A stretch of DNA of 63,763 bases, counting the filler, from Octopus bimaculoides (taxonomy: Eukaryota): assembly GCF_001194135.2 (NCBI RefSeq). It is 7 parts of 6 records of this genome, joined end to end, with 100 filler letters (N's around TTAATTAATTAA, not from the genome) between each part and the next. Parts side by side here need not be neighbours in the genome. Positions count along the whole stretch, not along the records: positions 1 to 13,622 come from NC_068982.1; 6 more parts are not named here. The stretch is one strand, 5' to 3'. This document shows, piece after piece, positions 1 through 11,514 of the stretch (position 1 is the first letter of the stretch; every line of letters begins with the position of its first letter). The position numbers and the translations under genes were made by a program. Below the pieces are notes generated by a model, which did no database searches, had not been told where the DNA came from, and was given only the letters and a program-made list of their open reading frames with translations.

Positions 1-73
1 AGTGAAGAATGCCACTGGAAAAGAAGATATAAGATTTGCCAGGTTTTTCTCTCTCACCAAGGTCATCGGCTGT

Positions 74-118
74 CGAACGCCGACGAAGGGAAATAACCCT
101 GAAATCCGGATACGTTCG
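74..118 (+). ncRNA. Minimal type I hammerhead ribozyme motif (U4C core variant)
   Basis: CGAACG(74-79)-CCGACGA(80-86)-AGGG/aaataa/CCCT-GAAA(101-104)-TCCGGA-TA-CGTTCG(113-118). Stems I and II pair perfectly, stem III is palindromic and the cleavage triplet is AUA. Confidence 0.8.
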
Positions 119-1159
119 TGCTGCTGGCCGTGGTGAGAGGGATAACTCCCTTGGCAAACAGGACACAGTCGTGTGTCGATAAGCCAGCTGGAGGAGATGT
201 CCTCCTGGGGCTAAAAGCAACAGTAACATCCACCCCTAGGGGTCAGCCACACTTAGGTGGCAATATACTACACTTTATCGTGCAGTTACTGTTAATACTT
301 CATTTAGAGAATTAACATTGCTATATATATATATATATATATATAGTGTTATGGCTAAATTTTCGACATGACGTGATTCACTCACCCAGATATTTGGAAT
401 CGACATTAAATACAGTTCATTTATCAAACATTTAACAAAAGGTTAATAATAATTAGATGTGATGTTTCTCGCTCTATGTTATGTTTCTTCCCTTATCTTC
501 TTGCTCGCGACACTGGAGTCCAATGAATCATGAATAAATCTATTTTACTATAATATTATACATTCTGTAGAATGGATAACAATTAAAATGTAAACACCAG
601 ATAAAAAGAACAAAAAAATCTTTTACACTAAAGATATATAATTTTTACTAGCTCCAATATCAAGCTTATCCTGATTATTTTAAGTAGTAGAGAGAAAAAT
701 AGTGTAGCTATGATCTTATATAATTCAGCGTAAATACGGTATGGTACTCAAAAACAGAGAAAAATGTGTTTGGGTTCAAGGCGTTCAGAGGAACTGACGC
801 CGTTCAACTAATTGGACACACAAGACCCAGAAGCACAGGCGCAAACTAAGATATTTATATATAAATTAACACACATACGTACACTGATACATAAACATAG
901 ATGCATGTACGCACACACTCACACACATATACATACACACATATATATATGTATAATATATATATATATATATATGGAATAATAACTATGAGGCGTTGTG
1001 TAGAATATATCGTATGAAAGACCGTGGGTAAGGCCAAAACAATGCGAAGTAAATGCAAGGTAAACCACAAGGAAACAGATATGTGAATTAATGTAGACTT
1101 ACTTTGTGTTCAGTATTTCGGGGTTATGACTCCATTTCCAATGTTTTGTATATATAAAA

Positions 1160-1296
1160 GAAGCTTGCTTCCCAACCGCATGGTTCCGGGTTCAGTCCAC
1201 TGCGTGGCATCTTGGGTAAGTATTTTCTATTATAATCTAAGGTCGACCAACGCCATGTGAGTGGATTTGCTAGACGGAAACTGAAAGAAGCCCGTC

Positions 1297-1350
<54 letters not shown>

Positions 1351-1553
1351 TTGTGTGTGTGTGCGTTTTTGTCCTCCCAACCGACGTCAATGTCTTTACG
1401 TCCCCGCAACCCTACGGTCCTCAAAATATCGATAGAATAAGTACTAAGCTTACAAAGAATAAGTCCTGGGGTCGATGCGTGCCACTAAAGGCGGTACGCC
1501 AGCATGGCCGCTGTCAAATTACTCAATCCAGTAAATGAATAAAAGAAAACGAA
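1160..1553 (+). mobile_element. tRNA-head SINE, family B (5'-truncated), with internal (TA)n(TG)n
   Basis: ggttccgggttcagtcc B-box-like motif, CORE-like segment (cttgggtaagt) and gaataaaa tail; clear similarity to copies at 17661, 21320 and 58437. Confidence 0.8.
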
Positions 1554-2596
1554 TATATATGTAGGCGTGGGTATGTATCTCTTAGTTATTTAATGAAGTT
1601 TCGAACATAGACAACAACTTGCATATTCATGGCACACTAGCATCGTTAATTGGAGCTCTAATGAGTTTTGGCACCATAAAACTTTAATTGTTGAGACTGC
1701 GAGACTACATCAAACTTTGCAAAAATAAAACTGTTGATTTTGGCTTTAGTTATGTAGATAGATTTTAAATTCATATATTAATAGAGCAACATAATACAAT
1801 CCCCAGGCAAGTGATACCGCTACGAGTCACTGATTAAGTTTGGTGAACATCGATTCACATAAAACGTTATTATCATTTTGAACCGCAAGTAAGTCATACA
1901 AATGCTGTTTGTGATTGTATAAATTATTAAATTGGTATTTCTCGACAAAATAATCACTCGTCATTAGAACAATTTGTCAGCAGATTAAAATTTGCAGAAG
2001 TGATATTCTGACATTATTAAAATAGTAAAATAAAGTGAACTGAAATTACTGAAGCAAAACTTTAATAAATTAAAACATTCGAAGTAGATATTGTTCGTAA
2101 GTCAAATTATTAGAAGTTATATTTAAAGTTATATTTAATATAATTTATATTTTTTCATTTTCGAAATACAAATAACCTGAACATTTTCCAGAAACATTTA
2201 ATAGTTTTAATAGAAGTAGAGATATCATTGTCTCTGACAGTTCCATAATATTACAGTAAATGTTTAGGTTTTTTCGTCTGATATCCCGTTAATCATGAAT
2301 GCGCTGTGCAATCAAATTGTCACGCTGTACGTCCTGTCTTTTATAAATAGCAGACAAATCAACTTCAAATCCTACTCTAGCATCACCGAGAAAAAGATTT
2401 ACATTGAACAATGTATTCTAAGATAAAACTACAAAAGGTAATTAGAAAACCGTTGATCACATACCTGCACTAACAGAACTAAACAAGTGCTAAACAACAA
2501 TAAGCACTTAGAATTAAAACACAGTAACGAAATGATTACAGATGTGACTTTGTAGTTATGTCATTCACTTCAAAACATGTTATTTTTGCATTTACA

Positions 2597-2630
<34 letters not shown>

Positions 2631-2633
<3 letters not shown>

Positions 2634-2990
2634 CAAAAATAAGAGGAATGACCAACAAAAGTGGACTCCTATATGCTAGAAATAGATGCCGAATCATCTA
2701 ATAACAGGTGAAACCATGGTACGTAGGTTAATCGGTTATTCTTTTTTTTTAGTATTTTTTCATTTGTCTTGCCCTTTTACAGTCTGTTGTGTTGCTAATT
2801 TTTTACTGAGAACATATTTCTTCGTGGTTAGATGATTCGGCATCTATTTCTAGCATATAGGAGTCCACTTTTGTTGGTCATTCCTCTTATTTTTGTATGT
2901 GATATAATTTTAATCTTCGGATATTTTTAATATGCTAGGCCACTGGTTTTAATTGACTAATATCAATTTCTACCCTTATTAATAAATTTT
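2631..2990 (+). mobile_element. PLE-type terminal-repeat remnant with perfect 71-bp inverted repeat and 3' half of a hammerhead
   Basis: Arms 2631-2701 and 2828-2898 are exact reverse complements; GAAA-CCATGG-TA-CGTAGG at 2710-2727; downstream sequence matches 41370-41460. Confidence 0.65.
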
Positions 2991-4639
2991 AAATAATGAT
3001 GTTCTCAAATCGGTAAATTAGCTGCAAAAATTTATTAACTGCAGAGTTATTTCCGGCCTTAGCGCGCCAGATTGAAGACATTTGAAGGGATACACTGAAT
3101 GTAATTTGTAGAACTCTACACGTGCTCCATTTCGGNNNNNNNNNNNNNNNNNNNNNNNNNNNNNNNNNNNNNNNNNNNNNNNNNNNNNNNNNNNNNNNNN
3201 NNNNNNNNNNNNNNNNNNNNNNNNNNNNNNNNNNNNNNNNNNNNNNNNNNNNNNNNNNNNNNNNNNNNNNNNNNNNNNNNNNNNNNNNNNNNNNNNNNNN
3301 NNNNNNNNNNNNNNNNNNNNNNNNNNNNNNNNNNNNNNNNNNNNNNNNNNNNNNNNNNNNNNNNNNNNNNNNNNNNNNNNNNNNNNNNNNNNNNNNNNNN
3401 NNNNNNNNNNNNNNNNNNNNNNNNNNNNNNNNNNNNNNNNNNNNNNNNNNNNNNNNNNNNNNNNNNNNNNNNNNNNNNNNNNNNNNNNNNNNNNNNNNNN
3501 NNNNNNNNNNNNNNNNNNNNNTATATATATAGTTATCAGACGTTTTTTCAATACATCACAGAACAAATTTGGAATTAAGTCCCACTGTTTTCTAGCAAAG
3601 AACATGATTTAACACATTTTAAAGAGGACCTCCATATGGTTAATATCATTTGGTGTTTGTTCGCGGCAAAACGTTTCAATTATTACTCGGCTCCAAGATC
3701 AAGAACATCCGAAACTCAGATTCATTTAATCGGAAAAAAATGACAGAATTGTATGAAATTAACCAAATTAAATACCATCGCCTTCCTTCTCATGCTATCA
3801 ACGGTAAATTTGCTCTAGAAATCTCAATAGTTAAAGTATTGTCCATGGTATGTAGATTCCGATAAGAGTTCATATTTTATTACAAATGGATAATGTGGAG
3901 ACATTAATTCCCTGTGCTGTTCATTCAAAGGAGTCTTGTGGTGTGAATTAAAGTTTGAGAACGTACTGGTAATGGTAAGTAGGTAGAGAGAAGTGCATAG
4001 ATATGTATGTTAGGAGGAGAATTACATTTGTCTAAATGAATAGGGGATGAAAGAAGAAAAAAATGAAGGATGCAGAAAAAATGAAGAAAAAACGAGTGCT
4101 AGATGGTGGTCAAGATATTCTGACGGAGAGGAGAGCTATCAAGATAAAATGAATAGGGGGAAGGATAGAAGGAAGAGATAAGAATGTAAGGAAGAAATAT
4201 GTGAAAATTGGGAGGTGCGGATGATATGTTTGAAAGGCACTAACGTGGAGAGATAGAGTTTTGCCTAGCAAATTATTTTATTTTGCTCAAAATAGCTTGA
4301 AACCATGGTCCAGGAAATAAATGGTAAATGTTTTTATTTTTCATTCCCTTTCGAAATTACTCCTAATTGTGGTTTGGATTTTAACTACTCCTTCTAGCGG
4401 GTTAGATGTCCTATTATGGCTTTCTCTTACGTGTTTAAATGTACAGTGTATATATAATGAATAAATGCTATTATGTATGTGAATGAATTTACGCGTGAGT
4501 GCTGTATTCCATTGTGATCCTCGCTAACCACGATAAAATCCCTAAAATTACATTGAGATGTAACTAAGTTACTTCTTTTTCAGATATAGTGGTATCTAGT
4601 GATCTCATTTATCTCTCTCTTACTATATCTGTCTGCCTG

Positions 4640-4705
<66 letters not shown>

Positions 4706-4716
4706 TGTATATATAG

Positions 4717-4830
4717 CGAAGGTGCATGGCCTAGAGGTTTGGGTTTTTCTACTCAAAATCGCCGATTCGATAACCAGCTGAGTGGCGTGTTGTATTCGTG
4801 GGTAAAACAGTTCCCTTTACGTTGCTCTCC
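4717..4830 (+). mobile_element. Degenerate tRNA-head SINE fragment
   Basis: ggtgcatggcctagaggtt A-box-like and cgattcga B-box-like motifs. Confidence 0.45.
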
Positions 4831-4905
4831 TATTATTTCGACGTCTGACGTGTGGCGCACTTGTGTACCTGTTGAACCAATGGATTTGGTGGAGGGAGTG
4901 AGGTA

Positions 4906-5032
4906 CAGCTGTAGCCAAAAGTTTGAACATTTTTTTTTTAAAATTGTCATGCTCCGACCAAATATGTAACTTTGTGCATTTAATGTAAGAATTCTAATTT
5001 TCAGATCTGTTCCAAACTTTTGGCCACGACTG
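4906..5032. mobile_element. Tc1/mariner-type MITE (~127 bp)
   Basis: Imperfect TIRs cagctgtagccaaaagtttgaaca / tgttccaaacttttggccacgactg, flanked by TA on both sides. Confidence 0.7.
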
Positions 5033-5079
5033 TAATATACATCTTATTCATTTGATTACTATAAACAAATTATTTGTGT

Positions 5080-5480
5080 AGGTTGTTCAGCAAAAACTGA
5101 ACAATCGACAGAAGAGTTCATCATTATTGGAATACTGGGATACGTAACGCGTTGCCTAAATACCAATCTGGAGAAATTAGGCTTTTCAAAACCAGAAAGG
5201 AGAAAGCTGATTCAAAGACTACAGATTCAATCTATTACTGGATATATAAAATTTGTAAAACTTTTCTAAAATTTTTCATTTAAATCTAGACATTCAGCTA
5301 TATGCATGAAAATAAATACATAAAACAAAACACACAAATCTGCACATATACATACATATATAAAAAAATACCCTGTTGATGTTGAAATTCCAGTTAAAGA
5401 TCTGTGGATCTAAGTTAGAAAACAACTCTTTCTGTACTAGCGAGAAATCTTGAAATTAAACTGAAAATGACATACATGAT
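5080..5480 (+). mobile_element. 3' end of an R4/Dong-type LINE (RLE C-terminus plus 3' UTR)
   Basis: Homologous to 6630-6900 (aaattaggcttttcaaaaccagaaaggagaaagctgattc) and to the 42 kb copy. Confidence 0.7.
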
Positions 5481-6900
5481 AAGGAATATACCAGATATTT
5501 AGGGGTAGAATCTTACAATGGGACCTGTAACAAAACACGCGTCACTAAAGGATATTACAGCAGAATAAAGAAATTTGGACCTCAGATCTCTCTGCATTCA
5601 GTAAAACACTAGACCTCAATGTGTTTGCAATGCCAGTTCTCATACCAACGTTTGGCCTACTGATTGAACGCTTGATGAGATCCGAGCCATAGATGATAAA
5701 ACCCGGAAAATACTAACTGATACACATAATGGCCACATAAACGGTGACGTGATCCGCCTCTAACTAAAACGAAAACAAGGCGGCAGAGGATTAACATCGA
5801 TTCAGACTGCCTTTCAATGTCGTATTATATCTCTTCGGCAACATCTTTAACCACCAAGTTTACATATATGAGGCTGATAACATCGTAAGACTTGGAAGGC
5901 TGCTCCTTGAGCAGAATTCTTTGTCTGATAACCTTAAATACATGCCTAAAGAAGTTGCACGACTCTACTTCAACGTATCATCAGATGAAAGGATGAGCCT
6001 GTATGTGCAGACGACTATGCATGTTATTAGAAAGGTCTGAGACGATAGTAACATTGATCATTAAGGCATTCTATCATGGATCTGTAACCGGATTACTAAC
6101 TCCCACTTCGAAGGGTATGCGTTTGCAATCCTGGAAAAGAAAACATCGACCAAATACCTGATGCACAAAGGGGAGACGCAACAAAAGCCGTAAACGTGAC
6201 AACCGATGCAGACTTTGAGGAGATCACACTGAATTTGTCACCCACATTATAAGCAGTTGTCCGAAAATGTTCTCACCGTATCATCTGCCGATGAGACATG
6301 ATGTTGTAGCTAGGACACTATATAATGAAATCCGTCGGAAGGATCACCTCGAGGACAAAGAAATAAGAACCCACAGAATAGTGGAAAACATAGCCACTCA
6401 TAATAAAAAGGAATACTGGTGGAATATACCAGTGAAGACCTCAATAAAATGTAAGCACAACAGACCTGATATAATAATTTGGGACAGAGCGGAAACACTT
6501 TGTACTGTTGTGGAAATCAGCTGCCCAGCAGCTGTTAGCATAAAGCTGAAGATCAGTCAAAAGAGAACACCTACGCTGAACTATTGAGAAATCTGAAGTT
6601 ACTCTATCCGGATTACAAGTTCAGGTTTATAACTGTAATTATTAGGGCTCCGAGATACCTAAAACACTGCCTAAATGCCAATCTTAGTAAGTTAGGATTT
6701 TCAAAACCAGAAAGGTGAAAGCTGATTCGAAGATCCAATCCATCACTGGAACTGTAAAAATCTGCAAAACTTTCCAGAAGTTTATCATTTGAATATATAT
6801 GAGCAAGTCTAGATTGCAAGTATATACATTTGAATACATATATAAAACGAAACATACAGATCTGCACACATACATGCTTACACACATTAGCAGGAAATTT
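5480..6900 (+). pseudogene. 5'-truncated, decayed R4/Dong-clade non-LTR retrotransposon (RT C-terminus, CCHC knuckle, RLE)
   Basis: Frameshifted motifs YLG, TRKILT..HINGDV.RL.LKRKQGGRGL, HIISSCP..Y.PMRHDVVA, KHNRPDIIIWD and VEISCP. Confidence 0.85.
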
Positions 6901-6934
6901 TGAAATAAAGCTGAATAATGATGTACATACATAA

Positions 6935-6994
<60 letters not shown>

Positions 6995-7931
6995 NNNNNN
7001 NNNNNNNNNNNNNNNNNNNNNNNNNNNNNNNNNNNNNNNNNNNNNNNNNNNNNNNNNNNNNNNNNNNNNNNNNNNNNNNNNNNNNNNNNNNNNNNNNNNN
7101 NNNNNNNNNNNNNNNNNNNNNNNNNNNNNNNNNNNNNNNNNNNNNNNNNNNNNNNNNNNNNNNNNNNNNNNNNNNNNNNNNNNNNNNNNNNNNNNNNNNN
7201 NNNNNNNNNNNNNNNNNNNNNNNNNNNNNNNNNNNNNNNNNNNNNNNNNNNNNNNNNNNNNNNNNNNNNNNNNNNNNNNNNNNNNNNNNNNNNNNNNNNN
7301 NNNNNNNNNNNNNNNNNNNNNNNNNNNNNNNNNNNNNNNNNNNNNNNNNNNNNNNNNNNNNNNNNNNNNNNNNNNNNNNNNNNNNNNNNNNNNNNNNNNN
7401 NNNNNNNNNNNNNNNNNNNNNNNNNNNNNNNNNNNNNNNNNNNNNNNNNNNNNNNNNNNNNNNNNNNNNNNNNNNNNNNNNNNNNNNNNNNNNNNNNNNN
7501 NNNNNNNNNNNNNNNNNNNNNNNNNNNNNNNNNNNNNNNNNNNNNNNNNNNNNNNNNNNNNNNNNNNNNNNNNNNNNNNNNNNNNNNNNNNNNNNNNNNN
7601 NNNNNNNNNNNNNNNNNNNNNNNNNNNNNNNNNNNNNNNNNNNNNNNNNNNNNNNNNNNNNNNNNNNNNNNNNNNNNNNNNNNNNNNNNNNNNNNNNNNN
7701 NNNNNNNNNNNNNNNNNNNNNNNNNNNNNNNNNNNNNNNNNNNNNNNNNNNNNNNNNNNNNNNNNNNNNNNNNNNNNNNNNNNNNNNNNNNNNNNNNNNN
7801 NNNNNNNNNNNNNNNNNNNNNNNNNNNNNNNNNNNNNNNNNNATATATATATATATATATATATAATGTATATACGTACGTATGATGTATATATGTATAT
7901 ATTATTTGGTAGACACAATACATGTTTTTAT

Positions 7932-7986
7932 GTGCTACTAATAGATTCAGATATTGAAAAACGCCTCCAACATATTCATCAGGTAC
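7932..7986 (-). ncRNA. Degenerate hammerhead motif (left arm)
   Basis: Minus strand reads gtac-CTGATGA-atatgtt..aatatct-GAAT-ctattag-TA-gcac; GAAA box mutated to GAAT. Confidence 0.55.
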
Positions 7987-8238
7987 AAACCGCATATCAT
8001 AATGAACTAAAAATAGAATGAGAGAAAAAAACGCGAAAAGTTGAGAAGGAAGCATATAGAAAACATGAAAGTGTAAAAAGCAGTAAACGAAAAATGGAGA
8101 ACGAAAGCGAAAAAGTGAAAAAGAAAAACTAAGAAGTAAAAATGGTGTTTTAACCTTCCACGTTTTCTATGTGCTTCCTTCTGAACATTTCGCATTTCTT
8201 CTCTCATTCAATTTTTAGTTCGTTATGATATGTGGTCA

Positions 8239-8294
8239 GTGCCTGACGGATATGTTTGAGGTATTTCTGAAACATATGAAACTATTGGTAGCGC
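8239..8294 (+). ncRNA. Degenerate hammerhead motif (right arm)
   Basis: gtgc-CTGACGG-atatgttt/12-nt loop/aaacatat-GAAA-ctattgg-TA-gcgc; perfect 8-bp stem II, last A of the CUGANGA box changed to G. Confidence 0.6.
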
Positions 8295-8620
8295 ATAAAA
8301 ACATGTATTGTCTATATTAAATACTATTTATCTCTCACCAGATGGAGTACATTTTTTTTTGTTGACGTTACCTTCATGGAACAATACATTATATATAAAA
8401 ACAATAATCCATTGACTATCGCGGTAGTTACGTTTCAAAACTCCAAGCGATTGGTGAAAATCTGCAAAGCGGAAACAGCACTGTACTGTATATTTTTAAA
8501 ATCACTTTTAGAATTTGTATATATTTATTTTATTATAAATGCAAAACAACACCACAGAGGAATCGACGGAAGGTGAAATAATAAATTGCGATAGGTGAAC
8601 CGCGATGTGGCGAAGGATTA

Positions 8621-8672
<52 letters not shown>

Positions 8673-8876
8673 GGTAAGATGTTTCTTTCCCAATGACATG
8701 GTTCCGGGTTCAGTCCTGCTGCGTGTCATTGTACATACAATAGCCCCGGTTCGATCAAAGCTTGTAACTCATCTTAATTCTTTTGTTAGTCTAATTGTCA
8801 TAAATACAGCGATATAATGATATGGACGTTTGGAACTGATGACAGTCATCGCTGTTAGGTAACAGGTTTGATTTTA

Positions 8877-10163
8877 TCAGGTCATCCCATAAGTTCTGCC
8901 CGAATTTTGGATAGAGAAGGCAAGTGATTAAGTGTTGTATTTAATTGAAATTTAATCATCAATGTACTTTCCTTGATTATCTATAACTTCCTTTCATCTA
9001 TTTACAAGCTTTTAAATCCTATCAATGTAAAACTCTTTTAGTTTCAAATCGAAGAACTCTGAAATGTCAGTTTCGACCTACTCCTGGCTTGCGAAAGTTA
9101 TGTCCCCCAAATGATTCTGTAAACTACGAAACATATAGTAGTCTGAAGGAGCAAGGTCGGGAGAATAAGGTGGATGAGGATTTTTTTGCCAACCAAGCTC
9201 TTCGATCTTCTGTAGTGTGATCTTTGCAGTGTGGGGTTGTGCATTGTCCCGATGAAACATCACTCCTTTTCGATTCACTAAAGCGGGCCTTTTTTTCTTC
9301 AAAGCTTGGTTTAAACGCTCTAAATACTGACAGTAGACTTGAGCATTGATTGCTGCATTACGTGGTAACAATTCAAAGTGAATTACCCCTTTGCAATTCC
9401 ACCAGATAGAGAGAAGAACCTTTCTTCGCATAAAGTTCCCTCCTTGGTTGTGGTTGAGATTTTTCCCTTTTACCAAGCCACTGTTTACGACGTTTAACAT
9501 TTCGATACAAGATCCATTTTTCGTCACCAGTCACAAGTCTATCCAAAAAGGGTGAAATGAGTTTGCGAGAATGGAGAGAAGAGCAGATGTCAACTCGGCT
9601 TTGCGGTTGCTTTCAGACAATTCATGAAGCACCCATTTCCCAAGTTTAGTAACCTTTCCAAGTTGTTGAAGATGACGACGAACAGTTGTATGGTTTGAAC
9701 TAAGCTTTATTGCCAATTCTTCAACTGATAATACAGGATTTTCTTCAAGTAAAGCCTCAAGGAGATTATCATCAAACTCAACTGGACGTCCTGTTCGATC
9801 ATCATCTTCAAGGCTAAAATCTCTACTTCTGAATTTTGCAAACCATCTTCTGCAAGTTCTTTCATTCAAGCATTCTTTCCTATAAACTGAGTGTTTGTTT
9901 CGAGTCGCTTCGGCTGCAGAGTTTCCTTTTTTGTACTCATAAAGCATATGTGCCTTAAATGCTCTCTGGATACTTCCATGTTAGAAAGGGTTTTAATCAG
10001 AGAAATTTTAATTCTATTATTCTGCAAAATAATATTTAATTAGTTTCAATGTACATAAAAGCATAAAAATAATTTTTAGTTTCATTAGACATTCTAAAAT
10101 ACTATTACGTTTCATTCAATTCTAAAAAAGGTAAAACCGGACAGAACTTATGGGATGACTTGA
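8877..10163 (-). mobile_element. Full-length mariner transposon (1287 bp)
   Basis: 25-bp TIRs tcaggtcatcccataagttctgccc / ggacagaacttatgggatgacttga, TA target duplication on both sides, transposase inside. Confidence 0.95.
8952..9979 (-). pseudogene. Mariner (DD34D) transposase pseudogene
   Basis: MEVSREHLRHI / MLYEYKKG..AAEA HTH, GKWV.HELS, TGDEKW, FHRDNA.PH and HPPYSPDLAPSDY motifs; several frameshifts and premature stops. Confidence 0.93.
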
Positions 10164-10418
10164 TAGATACTGAACAGAATATATTAGCCAATTATTCCAA
10201 ACTCAATTGTACAGGGATTGATTGGGATGCATTTAAGAGTGCTAAAAATGACTATCGTCATATTTGGTTGACGCTAAATTTTCTACTATATCAATGATGA
10301 GTGTAGTGGAAATGCCTATGTATTTTGTGTTCATATACAATAGTACTGTATATGAAAATGCCATATAGTCGTGTCATATATAATATTACCAGTTTTCTTG
10401 TAATTATTGACAATATTA

Positions 10419-10538
10419 TAGATGTTTTCGATCTAGTTTGGATTCTTTGCCATGAAATTTGAATTCTTTGCCCTCAAATTTGATAGCGACGAATTCAAAT
10501 TTGATTGCAAATAATCCAAACTAGATGGAAAACATCTA
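10419..10538. mobile_element. Small TA-flanked MITE-like foldback
   Basis: tagatgttttcgatctagtttggatt ... aatccaaactagatggaaaacatcta inverted ends, TA on both sides. Confidence 0.65.
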
Positions 10539-10542
10539 TATT

Positions 10543-10750
10543 GAGGCGGCGAGCTGGCAGAAACGTTAGCAAGCCGGGCGAAATTCTTTCGGTATTTCGT
10601 CTGTCTTTATGTTCTGAGTTCAAATTCTGCCGAGGTCGACTTTTCCTTTCATACTTCCGGAGTCGATAAATTAAATACCAGTTGGGGTCGATCTAATTGA
10701 CTGGGCCCCCTCCTCCAAAATTTCGGGCCTTGTGCCTAGAGTAGAAAAGA
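10543..10750 (+). mobile_element. tRNA-head SINE, family A
   Basis: gaggcggcgagctggcagaaacgttagc head, gagttcaaat B-box and conserved gtcgacttt.cctttcat body; 19-bp TSD aattattgacaatattatt. Confidence 0.85.
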
Positions 10751-11466
10751 ATTATTGACAATATTATTTGTTTCTACCTATTGGCTGAAGGTGTTTTGGT
10801 CTTGTCTTGTCCGATTGGATATGACTGTGTTTCGATATTGTTATGCAGTTAGGTCTCCTTGTAAGTGTTTTGAAAATGTCTTGGATTATCCCCAAGCTTA
10901 CCTTTACATCTATGTCCTATGCTTCTATCTCTTAATGTGATCATCTTACCTGAACGAATAGAAGACTAAATTTTCGAATCAAATAACCGGAACATCTAAA
11001 TATTCCTATAAAATCTTCAGGTCGCTTAATAAAGCGTGTTGACAATTGTGTATGTGTGAAACTTCGAGCAGTAGACGTCTAACTTAAGATATCAATAGGT
11101 TCTAAAATTTTTAATATCTGATTAAGTTAAATCTGCTATGAATTCATGTATGGAATGTGGCATAAACCGATTATGGATTATAAACGCCACTGAATAAACG
11201 TAGAAATATTTGGAGATTATTTATATCATGGTTTTTAAAATTTTTTATATGTGTATCCGTTGATAACATCTGTTTTATACAATTTTCTGCAAAACAAATT
11301 TGATTCACGAGAATATCTTTACTTGTTGGTATCATTTCCTTGTGTTTTCTCGCAGAATACTAAATGCTTTCTCTTGAATGTCGTTGATATGTAGTGAATG
11401 GATGCTAATATATTATAAGGATTTTATCATTGTATTACATCTTTCTAACTAAATAATCTTTCGCAG

Positions 11467-11514
11467 TTGAGCCTTCACAAATACGCGTAAATAATTGTTT
11501 TTGCTGCAGGGGTG
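11467..11514 (+). CDS. Candidate 48-nt coding exon (phase 1-1), xEPSQIRVNNCFCCRG
   Basis: ctaac branch-like motif, ctttcgcag acceptor and GTG/gtaagt consensus donor; open only as a symmetric phase-1 exon; no homology recognised. Confidence 0.35.

Larger units (their letters stand above)
7910..8314. repeat. Foldback element: ~160-bp imperfect inverted arms with ~90-bp spacer
   Basis: 7910-8068 is the reverse complement of 8159-8314 with scattered substitutions; adjacent to (TA)n. Confidence 0.85.

Noticed and set aside
1807-2437. Strong donors at 1889 (gtaagt) and near 2437 (gtaatt)
   Set aside because: All upstream frames close before the donors; at most UTR exons, unsupported.
8836-8866. 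CTGATGA followed by a cag/ctg hairpin
   Set aside because: No GAAA box or stem III follows; not a hammerhead.
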